A stretch of 50,720 bases of DNA. It comes from Candidatus Nanoanaerosalina halalkaliphila. GTDB taxonomy: Archaea; Nanohalarchaeota; Nanosalinia; Nanosalinales; Nanoanaerosalinaceae. The translations under genes and the position numbers were made by a program. The stretch's first letter is position 1; every line of letters begins with the position of its first letter. Of the stretch, positions 1 through 9,285 are shown piece after piece. The DNA lies in NCBI GenBank assembly GCA_022729335.1, contig JALDAE010000002.1:1-50720 (forward strand), in the 5' to 3' direction. The notes beneath the pieces are model-generated. The model ran no database searches. It saw only the letters and a program-made list of their open reading frames with translations, and was not told where the DNA came from.

Positions 1-66
1 AAATAGAAATTGATGATCCCTCGAGATAGTTGAAACTTGAAATATTCTTCTGTACCTATAATCAGA

Positions 67-190
67 ACTAGAGAGCTCAAAAACCACAAAAATTGTAGTT
101 TCAACGCCTCTAGTAAACAAAATACCAAACTAGAGGGCCTAATAATACAAAATTACTTTACTAGAGCGCCTCTAGTCCGAAAAATAACAA
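67..190. repeat. Four 31-bp-phased degenerate copies of the palindrome ACTAGAG-NGC-CTCTAGT
   Basis: ACTAGAG at 67, 129 and 160; CGCCTCTAGT at 105 and 167; full palindrome ACTAGAG-CGC-CTCTAGT at 160-176; an A-tract follows each unit. Confidence 0.75.
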
Positions 191-207
191 GGGAGAAACA
201 GCAGCCA

Positions 208-1338
208 TCAGTTTTCCACAACTTCATTTATTCTTTTGTCCATCTTTTCAGCGAACTTCTCCCATGTGAACTCCTTCGCTCTTTCCCTAGAATTCTTGCA
301 CATGTCCTTGTACATCTTCGTGTTTCCAACAAGTTCCGACATCTTCGAACCTATTTCCTCAGGTTCGGATTCAACCAGAAACCCTGTGTCCCAGTTCTCA
401 ACGCTTTCAGAAGGCCCTCCCTCGTCAACAGCTACAACGGGTTTTCCTGATGCCATCGCCTCCACAGGTACAATTCCCCAGTCCTCGTTCTTTGCGGTGA
501 ACAAAACCGCTGTGCACCTGCTGTACAGATCCACCATCTCGCTGTCACTTACATCTGTTTTTATCTCCACTTTGTCGGATGAAATATTCCTAAGCTCTTC
601 AACGTATTTTTTATCGTCGGGGAAACCGGCAAGTACAAGCCTGTAGTCTTCTTCAACTTTCTCGGAGAACTTTTCGAAAGCCTTCACAGCCAGGTCCTGT
701 CTCTTGTACCTTTTGAACCTGCTCGGGTAGAAGAAGAACTTCTCTTCCTCTTTTGACTTGAACCTGGACAGGTCGGCTCCAGGGTGAACCACTTCTTTTT
801 CCGCTTTTTCGGCAAGGTCCGCTCTCCGAATGTTTTCAGCAGTGTTCTGACTGTTCGCGAAAACATAATCAAAGTTTTTCCAGGCTTTTTTCTCCAGAAA
901 GCGGTAGACAGAGGCTGCGAAGGAGAAGAAAATGTTTTTCGGGAATCCGTACTGTTCTCTGTAGTGGCTGTGGAACTGGTGCGCAGCCCTCAAAGGTGTG
1001 TGGCAGTAACAGATAACAGGTTTTTCGTGGTTTCTGAACGTTATGAAGCTGCCCAGGCCTGCTTCGGACACCAGCAAAACATCATAATCGTCCAAATCAA
1101 GCTTCCCGGATATAATCCGTGGTGCTGTAAACGCTCCTCTTTTGAGAAATCCTTCGGGAACTGTTTTGTCTGTAAGCTTTTTCACTTCCACGTCGTACTC
1201 TTCAAAGCTCTCCGAAAGATAGTGTGTTACAAGCGTAACTTCGTGTGTGGATCTCTCCGCATATTCGAGCATCAGCCTCTCGATACCTCCCTTGGACTTC
1301 ATCCACGGCTGGTAAAAAAGAACCTTCATTTTTTCCAC
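208..1338 (-). CDS. GT4 (GT-B) glycosyltransferase; start probably ATG 1329
   Basis: KGGIER N-terminal motif, YCHTP, KRQD, EDWGIVPVEAMASGKPVV (EX7E). Confidence 0.9.
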   Translation of the reverse strand: MEKMKVLFYQPWMKSKGGIERLMLEYAERSTHEVTLVTHYLSESFEEYDVEVKKLTDKTVPEGFLKRGAFTAPRIISGKLDLDDYDVLLVSEAGLGSFITFRNHEKPVICYCHTPLRAAHQFHSHYREQYGFPKNIFFSFAASVYRFLEKKAWKNFDYVFANSQNTAENIRRADLAEKAEKEVVHPGADLSRFKSKEEEKFFFYPSRFKRYKRQDLAVKAFEKFSEKVEEDYRLVLAGFPDDKKYVEELRNISSDKVEIKTDVSDSEMVDLYSRCTAVLFTAKNEDWGIVPVEAMASGKPVVAVDEGGPSESVENWDTGFLVESEPEEIGSKMSELVGNTKMYKDMCKNSRERAKEFTWEKFAEKMDKRINEVVEN

Positions 1339-1398
1339 ACGGAGAATTCTTTGTGAACATCTGTATTAAATCCTTTGAAAGAAAGATTTTTTGGAAAC

Positions 1399-1983
1399 TC
1401 AAAGGTGTTTCACTTCGTTGTACACCACCTCCAGATCCTCTAGTTCCCTGTAGTCAGAGATGTCTTCTTTTTCAAGTATGTCGGCCAGCATGGGCCAGTT
1501 CAGTCCCTTAAGCTCCCATTCCAGTTTTTCCCCGTTCTTGAAGGTTGATGCACCCCATTTCTCGGTTATTCCCGATGGACACCTGAATACCTCGGTTCCT
1601 TCTCTGTACGGTTCGATGTCCAGATATTTCTCGGTTGTGTCGACCACTTTTTCGAACTGGTGCACCATTTCCTGCTCCCCGTTTGAATAGGATCTTGCCA
1701 GGGTCGAGTAGAGTTTGACAGGTATGTCTTTTTCTTCGAAAAGCTCTCCAAAAGTTTTTTTCTCTCTTTCAACCTCCAGAAGTTCTTTTCCATGGTTTTC
1801 GAGCAGTTTTTCTGCCTTTTGTTCCGAGATCAATACATCTATCTCGTTTTTTCCGTTGAGTATGACATAGTTCGACAGAAAGTATCCCTGATCCGAGATT
1901 TCGTCGTACCCCATGAAGTTTTTCTCCAGTTCAAGGTCCTCTCCCAAATTTTTCTCCTGCATCTTCGTCCGATCCCTGTACAT
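1399..1983 (-). CDS. Hypothetical acidic protein
   Basis: 194-aa ORF with host-like E/K-rich composition; TATA-like TTTTAAAT ~30 nt upstream. Confidence 0.7.
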   Translation of the reverse strand: MYRDRTKMQEKNLGEDLELEKNFMGYDEISDQGYFLSNYVILNGKNEIDVLISEQKAEKLLENHGKELLEVEREKKTFGELFEEKDIPVKLYSTLARSYSNGEQEMVHQFEKVVDTTEKYLDIEPYREGTEVFRCPSGITEKWGASTFKNGEKLEWELKGLNWPMLADILEKEDISDYRELEDLEVVYNEVKHL

Positions 1984-2162
1984 CGTAATACATCGTAATA
2001 CGTTTGGCCGGTATTTAAAAGTTTCCGAAAAACCTCTTTTCCAGAAACCCTTTCGAGCAAAAAAATTAACTATGGGGACTACTATGAAAACCGTTTCATG
2101 GAACCTGTAAAAGGGAAATTTGAGGACAGTTATTAAAAATCGGGTTTCAACCCGGTTATCCC

Positions 2163-5100
2163 ATGTCCCTCAAGCCAACAATCCTTGTACTGCTACTTGT
2201 GCTGCTGTCCGCAAACACGGTTTCAACCACTTTGACATACTCCTCGGAGGAAGAAGGGTTCGTTGAATCCCTTGAAAAAGAAGAAAACGCGGATATTTAC
2301 AGGGATGCAGGTGTGCTGGAGCTTGATCTTCCGGAATACGACGACTGGAAGAGCCTGGAGTTCTCCATAAAAGTGGTCGATGGACCCGGAACATACGTGC
2401 ATCTGGACGGCAGTTTCCTGAACAGGTTTTTCCTTGAAACGGAGCACCAGACCTACATGGTTCTGGACAGTGCGCATCCCTTCAGAAACAGCTACAGCAG
2501 GCTGGAGGAAACCGACTACGATCTTGAAGAGGGATGGTACCGGGTAAACCTCGAGAAAACAGGTAACTGGACCGGAACCATGAAAGTGGAGGATCTTGAA
2601 ACCGGTGAAGAAGAAAAAAACATGGAGGGCAACAAAATAAAGGACGACTACATCTTCAACGTGTTCTACGACAAGCCAGGCAGTTTCACGCCGTCAACCC
2701 TGTACCTTTACCAGGGAACAGGAGGAAAAAGGTTCAGAAACGTTTCGTTCACCTTTGAAAAAGAGGTTGACCCGGCACCCGACAACTCAAAGATACTTGT
2801 TGAGCCCTCGCCGGAAAAGGCATTGCTGGCATCAACAACGAAACAGGATTTCACGGTCACTGAAAAAATAGACAGGGATGAAAAACACCTGGAAAACTAC
2901 ACCGAGGTCTACACCCTCGGAGATGTGGATACAGGCGAAATCGAAACAACCGAGATAAAGAAAGAGGATGTTCTACCTGTTTTCTTCCCGGAAAAAGAGG
3001 AATACATCAGGTTAGGGGAGAACAGGTCCGAAAACCTTTTCAGAGCAAGGTACGCTATGGAGAAAGGACTCCCGGTCAGCTACAAAGAAGAAGACCTGGA
3101 ACAGAAACAGCCGGACAGAAACGAGATACAGGGTTTTATACGGAATGAAAGCGGCGGCCATGCGGTGATCGTGGATTCCTCGTCGGAAAGCTCTGTTCTT
3201 TCCCCTGTTTACTCGAAAAAAGTTGATGCGTCGATGTTGGTTCTTGACTCGGATGAAACTCTGAATGCTGATAGGAAGTTCAGGGAAAAACTCAAGAGCT
3301 GGTACAGGGATGAGAGTACTGAGCCGTCTCCGGAAAGACTTGTCGAGGGTTTGTACGTTACAAACTTCGGCGCACCCATGAAAGAAATCGAGGATCCTAT
3401 AGAGGCCGAAAGAAACGTTTTATACAGCGATGAAATAGACAACGAAACAATTTACACCGACAGTCATTTGACAGACCTTGACTCGGACGGTTTCGCCGAT
3501 GTAAACTACGGAAGGCTTCCAGAAGACATTGAAAAAGCACAAGACATTCTGAAAACCGAGAAAAATGGAGACAAAAGCGCTCTAGTGGCTGCTCAGTACA
3601 TGCATGAGACGAAACCCGGTGTCGTGGCGAACCTTGGAGGAGGACTGACATACGGCCTCAACAACATGATAGAGCTGGAAAACCAGCGAATAGATACAGA
3701 ACTACTGGTTGAAAACCGTACCAGCTACCAGGATATCGGGGACGCAACAAGAGGTTTGATTACTTCTTTGAAGGATGTGCCGGACCCCGTGAAAATAAAA
3801 GAAGATTTCGAACAGCTTTACGTCTACGCGAAGCAGGGAAGGTTCCAGGAAGTATTCAGAAAAGTCGTGGAGGATCCTGGCAGAGTTGCAAAGATCGTGG
3901 AAAAAACAGTCGGTGTCCTGGAGGGAGAAGACGGTTTTATCGATGAAGGGTTGTCCGACAACTTGCCCCTGACGGAGATGGCAGGAGCCGTCAAAACCGC
4001 AGATAGAGGAGCCGAACTTCTAATGACAGGGCTGGAGTACCGGCCGGACTACGACCAGGAAAAATTCGGGGAGTTCGTGGAGGCGCTGGAGGAAAACAGG
4101 GGTTACCGGAAAGTTGAGGAAAAATTCCTGGATTCTTTCATCGCTCCTAGAGAGCCTCTCAAAGGAAAAAACTTGGGTAATATATCTGAGAAGTCCAAGG
4201 CGATATACATAGGCGAGGGTAACGGAACCCACTGGCATCTTCCGGATGGAGACTTCCGGCCAGCCGGTTTCGATGGTTTTTTGATCGATACCTCGCCCAT
4301 AGCCGGGAGACCGGGCTCCGAACTACTTGAAAAAACTCTGGAAAACGGTTCGAAAGGATTCCTCGGTTTCACAGGGAATACTTACTACCACTACACGCAG
4401 GAACTTGTTCAGAGGTTTTTGAGAAGAGGTTACCGGACCGGTTCAGCATACAGAAAATCTCTGAACAGTTACAAAAGAGACAGCTGGACCTTTGATCCCG
4501 AAAACGCTGCGTTTCTCAACGCTTACTGGAGGTCAAGGGCCAGGAAGAACAAGACCCTGAAATCTTTCTTGCATTACGGGTTACCGGAAACAGTGAAGGA
4601 TCCTGTCGCGGAAATCCCTCCCGAACCAGAAAAAAAGTGTGTAGAAGGTTTTTGCCGTTACAGCTGGACCGAAGAAGTGGAGCACAGTTTCAAGGAGAAT
4701 TTCCTGGTTTTTGAGGACGTGGAGACATTTAAAGAGCCGGAGATGCCCGAGGTGTTCTTCAAGAAGTTCTCAAGGACTTTTCCAGCGGATGCAAGGATAA
4801 AGGAAATCGATCTTGTAAGAGAGGAGAAAGTTTTGGACATAAATTACGTGGAAAACGTGACGGAAACTGTTTTCCCCGCGGACGACAAACAGCTGGAAAA
4901 CCAGAGCTTTCCGGACGGCAGAAAAGAGCTTACTGTGAAGGTGCCTGTCCTCAGGAATTACAGGGGAGAAACAAGGGTCACGGAAAAAATCGATCTCAAC
5001 ATCGAAACAGAGCAAAACACCTCTCTATCCGTCGATGCTGGCAGGGAATCCGTTTCTGTAAATCTGAATGTCTCGGAGAAACAGGGAGGGAAAGTTGTTT

Positions 5101-5906
5101 TGACACAGGGAAACAGGACGGACAGAAAGAAAAAGGTCAGGGAAGTTGAACCGAGGAAAGGCAGGAATTCCCTGGTATTCGAAAGCCTTGAAGGGTTTGA
5201 CAGGTACGATGCAGAGGCTTACTTCATCGGCGAAAATGTTCTAGGGCCTGTGAAAGACAGCTACGAACCGAAAAACAAGGACCAAAGGGAACTAGATGTT
5301 AAGGCGGGAGAGGAATTCGAAATACGTGTTCCGGGCGACCTTGACGAGAGACCCGAACTGAGTACGTCCGAAGGTGTTCAGACAGGTTTTCTTGAGAACA
5401 GTACTCCTTCAGCCAACGAAAACCTTGTTTTTACAGGTATTGCTCCGGGAAAACAAAAAGTCGAGCTGGAAACGGAGAACAGGAAAAAAGTTGTGCATGT
5501 CCGGGTCGAGGGAGCAGAAACATCTAGATACAGGGAAAAAAGCAACGGTTCTTACCTGGAAAAACAAACACGTTTCGACAGGTTCATCCACAACAGTTCG
5601 AAAGATACAGAGGTTTTCAGCTACAGTAACGACGATGGAAAACTGGATATCGTGAAAAACCACAGTGAAATACGCATGGAACTATCCATGCCGGATTTAA
5701 AAGCTGAAAAAATTTGGAGAAGCGGAGAAAAAACCGAGAAAATCTTTGAACCAGGAGGATACCTTGTAAGAAATTTTGAGAACGGGGAGAAGACTTCAAT
5801 AGGTCAGGGTATAGATGAAAGCGTTCTTGATCTTTATATGGAGTTGATGGAGGAGGAGATGGATAAACTGATGGAAAGAAAAGATGTTTTGAGATCTGGT
5901 TCATGA
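2163..5906 (+). CDS. Large secreted protein with a peptidase C25 (gingipain)-like domain, catalytic residues apparently substituted
   Basis: Signal peptide; YTDSHLTDLDSDGFADVNYGRLP, YIGEGNG, GFLGFTGNTY and LHYGLP resemble C25 core motifs; a C25-propeptide-like segment and beta-repeats follow. Confidence 0.65.
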   Translation: MSLKPTILVLLLVLLSANTVSTTLTYSSEEEGFVESLEKEENADIYRDAGVLELDLPEYDDWKSLEFSIKVVDGPGTYVHLDGSFLNRFFLETEHQTYMVLDSAHPFRNSYSRLEETDYDLEEGWYRVNLEKTGNWTGTMKVEDLETGEEEKNMEGNKIKDDYIFNVFYDKPGSFTPSTLYLYQGTGGKRFRNVSFTFEKEVDPAPDNSKILVEPSPEKALLASTTKQDFTVTEKIDRDEKHLENYTEVYTLGDVDTGEIETTEIKKEDVLPVFFPEKEEYIRLGENRSENLFRARYAMEKGLPVSYKEEDLEQKQPDRNEIQGFIRNESGGHAVIVDSSSESSVLSPVYSKKVDASMLVLDSDETLNADRKFREKLKSWYRDESTEPSPERLVEGLYVTNFGAPMKEIEDPIEAERNVLYSDEIDNETIYTDSHLTDLDSDGFADVNYGRLPEDIEKAQDILKTEKNGDKSALVAAQYMHETKPGVVANLGGGLTYGLNNMIELENQRIDTELLVENRTSYQDIGDATRGLITSLKDVPDPVKIKEDFEQLYVYAKQGRFQEVFRKVVEDPGRVAKIVEKTVGVLEGEDGFIDEGLSDNLPLTEMAGAVKTADRGAELLMTGLEYRPDYDQEKFGEFVEALEENRGYRKVEEKFLDSFIAPREPLKGKNLGNISEKSKAIYIGEGNGTHWHLPDGDFRPAGFDGFLIDTSPIAGRPGSELLEKTLENGSKGFLGFTGNTYYHYTQELVQRFLRRGYRTGSAYRKSLNSYKRDSWTFDPENAAFLNAYWRSRARKNKTLKSFLHYGLPETVKDPVAEIPPEPEKKCVEGFCRYSWTEEVEHSFKENFLVFEDVETFKEPEMPEVFFKKFSRTFPADARIKEIDLVREEKVLDINYVENVTETVFPADDKQLENQSFPDGRKELTVKVPVLRNYRGETRVTEKIDLNIETEQNTSLSVDAGRESVSVNLNVSEKQGGKVVLTQGNRTDRKKKVREVEPRKGRNSLVFESLEGFDRYDAEAYFIGENVLGPVKDSYEPKNKDQRELDVKAGEEFEIRVPGDLDERPELSTSEGVQTGFLENSTPSANENLVFTGIAPGKQKVELETENRKKVVHVRVEGAETSRYREKSNGSYLEKQTRFDRFIHNSSKDTEVFSYSNDDGKLDIVKNHSEIRMELSMPDLKAEKIWRSGEKTEKIFEPGGYLVRNFENGEKTSIGQGIDESVLDLYMELMEEEMDKLMERKDVLRSGS

Positions 5907-5919
5907 AGAGGTGTCATAC

Positions 5920-6765
5920 ATGAAAGTAGGAAATTTCTTGATGCTGGCTGTGATAGCGGCCAGTCTGGCGATACTTCCGATTGCGTCGGCAAACCTGCAC
6001 GAAGAATTCGACGAGGCAGACAATGAAGAAATAGATCCACCGGAAAACGGTGTGATGGCTGATAACAGCGTGGAAAAAACATCTCTGGGAGGTAACATGT
6101 ACGAAAAAACAGTTGAAACAATGCACGGAGAGTTTTCGGTCAGGGAAAAAGGCCCAGAAACAGAAAAAGTGCTTGAAAGCTCGGGGAAAACCTACCGGTC
6201 CACCGAATCAAACGGAAAAGTCACTGAGGAGCTAGTAACACCGCGCTACAGTTATACAAAAACAAGAAACGGAGGGCAGGAAGAGGAAAGATGCGAAACT
6301 CCTGAAGGAACATACACAATTTCCAGGGAAAAAGGCAGTTTCAACGAGTTTTTCGACGGTATAGAAAGAGAAAAAGCGGAGGAAAAATGCATGGATGCTT
6401 ACGAAAAACTTGAAGAGGAAAGGCAGAACGCAATCCAGATTTCAAGAGATATAGGGCTTGTGGAAGACGAACTGGAGATAATCGATCTTAACTACACCGC
6501 GGAGTATCTGGAGATAGAGAACACAGGGATCACAATCGTTGAGCTCGATGGCTGGAAAGTGGAAGACGACTCCAGCCTCTCTCACACCTTTGAGAAAGGA
6601 GTTCTGGAACCTGGAGAGACAGCTGTGCTGAAATCTGGCGACCTGTACGATGAGTGCGAGGAGTTCTGCTGGACCTCTGCCAACAGGTGGGCCCAGTCAG
6701 GTGACAAGGCGCATCTGATAAACACGGAGAGCGAAACAGTCGACACTTACAGTTACGGGGGTTGA
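5920..6765 (+). CDS. Secreted protein with beta-hairpin repeats and a C-terminal lamin-tail domain (LTD)
   Basis: GAGGTG RBS at 5908-5913; signal peptide; EYLEIENTG..VELDGWKVED..LEPGET..W...GD...L....TVD.YSY LTD signature. Confidence 0.8.
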   Translation: MKVGNFLMLAVIAASLAILPIASANLHEEFDEADNEEIDPPENGVMADNSVEKTSLGGNMYEKTVETMHGEFSVREKGPETEKVLESSGKTYRSTESNGKVTEELVTPRYSYTKTRNGGQEEERCETPEGTYTISREKGSFNEFFDGIEREKAEEKCMDAYEKLEEERQNAIQISRDIGLVEDELEIIDLNYTAEYLEIENTGITIVELDGWKVEDDSSLSHTFEKGVLEPGETAVLKSGDLYDECEEFCWTSANRWAQSGDKAHLINTESETVDTYSYGG

Positions 6766-6802
6766 GAGACCTCCTTTTTTCCTTTATTTTTGAGGTGTAA
6801 AT

Positions 6803-7195
6803 ATGAGGAAGACCGCAAAAACAACGCTTGTGACGGGTTTTGGTTTCTCCATAACCGCAACTCTGTTGCTTTCAAGGTACGGAACTTCTTACGAGACGGT
6901 GACCGGGACACTTTACCTCTACGGATTTGTCTGTCTTGCAGGAGGTGTCATAGGGTATAGACATGCTTTCCTCAGGTACTGCAGGAACAGGAGTAATGCA
7001 GATATATGGGAAGTGCTGGGAGTCAAAAAATTGTTTCAGGCGTTCAAAACAAATCAATGGTTTGTAAAAACGGTTTCTGTAAGTAGAAAAGCCAAGAAGT
7101 TGGAGATTAATCAAAAACTTGTGTCTTTAAGGGACGAAAAAGGCATAGGGATTTCCTATCCAAGAAAAGCTGTTGTCGAGATCAGGCCTGCCTGA
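6803..7195 (+). CDS. Small membrane protein with two predicted TM helices, unknown function
   Basis: GAGGTG RBS upstream; two hydrophobic segments, then a basic tail. Confidence 0.5.
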   Translation: MRKTAKTTLVTGFGFSITATLLLSRYGTSYETVTGTLYLYGFVCLAGGVIGYRHAFLRYCRNRSNADIWEVLGVKKLFQAFKTNQWFVKTVSVSRKAKKLEINQKLVSLRDEKGIGISYPRKAVVEIRPA

Positions 7196-7197
7196 AC

Positions 7198-9162
7198 CTA
7201 TCTCATTTCCTTTATCTCGCATTTGCCGGGTGGAAGAGCTCTCATGATCATATCAAGGTCGTAGTCATCACCTGTTTTTTTGTGGAGATGTCTCTGAATC
7301 TTTTTTCCGATATCAGATTTTTTGCCTCTTCCCTGGGATACCTCGACGAAGTTATCGCAGTTCGAACTAACAGCTGAAACAGGTCCTCCCATGGGCACAA
7401 CTCCGTCATCTCTCTCATAGCTTCCTACAGCTGCCGAAACCCTGACGTTCTTCATGTAATCTCTCTCACCTCTTATAACGAAGGCGCCCTTGCCCAGGTA
7501 CTCGCCCGACTCCGGATCCTTTGTCACCTGTTCCGGGGCTACGTGGTAGGCATCATCGCCTCCAACACCTATTTTCCAGGCTTTTGAATAGGAAATTGCT
7601 AGCTGAGCGGCCTCTTCAAGTGTTTTATCGGGTATGTCCTTGTTTTCGGGGTTCTTGACCACTACCGAGGGAGCGCCGTCGAAATCAGCGTGGACGTACC
7701 TGTCGTTGTTCTCCATGTGTTTCTTCACAAGGACCTCGTTGGAAGTCTTGTCCATGCCTCCGACAACCAGGAAACCATCGGAGGAAAAGAACCACCTGAA
7801 CTTCTGGTACCATTTCTTCTTTTTCCTTTTCTCTTCCTTGTTCTTGAAAGCATCCGAAACATCGATATCTTCCTTGTTTTTCTCAAGTTCCTCCAGTTTT
7901 CTCTCTGTTTCTTCAAGTGCTTTCCTCGCTCCTTCAAGCTTATCCTTTGACTTCTTGTACTTCTCGTAGTACTTTTCGGCGTTCTTCTCCACGGACATTT
8001 CGACATCTATGACCGCGTTGTGCTCTCCCAGATCAACAACTACCTGTGACATCCCGTCCCTGATGTCCTCGATCACCTGGGCCTCCCTCACACCTTCGGC
8101 TTTTTCCCCGGAAAGTTTTTCCCGGACTTCTGTCTCCGTATAATTCTTCCTGGCTTTTCTTATGGTATCTATTATGCTCTCGATGGTTCCGTAGTTCTCA
8201 TAGATAACGTCGCCTATCTCTTTTTTCTCCTCAAGGGACTCCTCCATCCCCTTTATTTTCTGCTTCTGCTGCTTTTTCATACCCTCCAGCTTGTGCTTCT
8301 TCTTCCTGTAGGCCTCTCTTTTCTGCCTTCTGTACTCCGCTTTCTGTCTCTCCGTGAAATAAGTGTCTAAAGCCTTTGAAAAAGTTTCGAAGTTCTTCTT
8401 ATCCAGGCCCTCGTACTTCTCCATCGGTATAGGAGCAACATCGGCGGGGTCACCTCTCTCGTCGTAGTAAATCCTTGGTTTTAGCCTTCCGGAGGACATC
8501 TGCGCCACGATATCGTTCATTTTCATGTAGATGTTGCGAAGGGTTTTTTCATCCAGACCGTCGGATCTCTCGGATTTTTCGGTTCCTGCCCTCTCCAGTA
8601 TCTCTTCCGCGTAAACACCTCCAAGACCTATGTCGGAAGCCAGAACCTTCACTATCTGCTTGGAGGACACGAAGTTCTTTAGACCGTCTAAATCTCTTGG
8701 ATCCGCATCCGAGGCAGGAGGCACATACTCCTCTCCCCTGTAAATTTTTCGATCGCTCCACTCCTGGGCGTCAAGAGCCTGCAAAATAACGTTTCCTTCT
8801 TTTTTAACCAGCACGTAGTTCCCCTTTCCGAAAAGTTCGGCGACCAGTTTCTTGTCCTCCGTGTGGAACTCTACAACCCTGTCCATTTTTCTCTGCTTGA
8901 TCTCGGTAATAACAGAACCTGAAAGATGTTTTCTGAGTGTCATGCAGAAGCTGGGAGGTCTCTCAGGATTATCTCTCTTGTAAGAAGTTATGAATGCTTT
9001 TCCAGGAGCCAGAAATATCCTGTACTTTTTGTCACCGGGATTGTAGACATGTATAGTCAGGTCTCTGTCTCTCTGGTATATCTTGTCGATTCTTGCACCC
9101 TCAAGCTTTTTCAGCTCGTTCATCAGTGCCAGAAAATCCAGGCTGGTCAGTTCGTCTCTCAT
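7198..9162 (-). CDS. rqcH: Ribosome rescue protein RqcH/Rqc2 (NFACT family)
   Basis: PPSFCMTLRKHL, MDRVV, ELFGKGN, coiled coil, WYQKFRWFFSSDG, YVHADFDGAP, SGEYLGKGAFVIRG. Confidence 0.92.
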   Translation of the reverse strand: MRDELTSLDFLALMNELKKLEGARIDKIYQRDRDLTIHVYNPGDKKYRIFLAPGKAFITSYKRDNPERPPSFCMTLRKHLSGSVITEIKQRKMDRVVEFHTEDKKLVAELFGKGNYVLVKKEGNVILQALDAQEWSDRKIYRGEEYVPPASDADPRDLDGLKNFVSSKQIVKVLASDIGLGGVYAEEILERAGTEKSERSDGLDEKTLRNIYMKMNDIVAQMSSGRLKPRIYYDERGDPADVAPIPMEKYEGLDKKNFETFSKALDTYFTERQKAEYRRQKREAYRKKKHKLEGMKKQQKQKIKGMEESLEEKKEIGDVIYENYGTIESIIDTIRKARKNYTETEVREKLSGEKAEGVREAQVIEDIRDGMSQVVVDLGEHNAVIDVEMSVEKNAEKYYEKYKKSKDKLEGARKALEETERKLEELEKNKEDIDVSDAFKNKEEKRKKKKWYQKFRWFFSSDGFLVVGGMDKTSNEVLVKKHMENNDRYVHADFDGAPSVVVKNPENKDIPDKTLEEAAQLAISYSKAWKIGVGGDDAYHVAPEQVTKDPESGEYLGKGAFVIRGERDYMKNVRVSAAVGSYERDDGVVPMGGPVSAVSSNCDNFVEVSQGRGKKSDIGKKIQRHLHKKTGDDYDLDMIMRALPPGKCEIKEMR

Positions 9163-9255
9163 CCCTAAACACCTCTTTGTTACCCAACTTTTAATTCAGT
9201 AACCTCGGATAAAAATCCGTCAGTACAGATCTGGTTTATCAGAAGTCACGGCAAA

Positions 9256-9284
9256 TACACGGAAAAGAAAAACCATTTACGGTT
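9256..9284 (-). terminator. Possible hairpin plus U-tract terminator after scpB
   Basis: Minus strand reads AAACCG-TAAA-TGGTTT followed by TTCTTTT just after the scpB stop. Confidence 0.35.
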
Positions 9285-9285
9285 T

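Noticed and set aside
24..110. GTTGAAAC/GTTTCAAC as an ORB origin box or CRISPR repeat end
   Set aside because: Lacks the TCCA half and G-string of ORBs; no repeat-spacer pattern with unique spacers.
1979..2001. 10-bp tandem duplication CATCGTAATA at a start codon
   Set aside because: Only two copies; most simply a slippage duplication with no evident function.
9195..9250. Possible box C/D sRNA (three CTGA on the minus strand) upstream of rqcH
   Set aside because: No proper RUGAUGA box C or C'; the region also holds a terminator and promoter.
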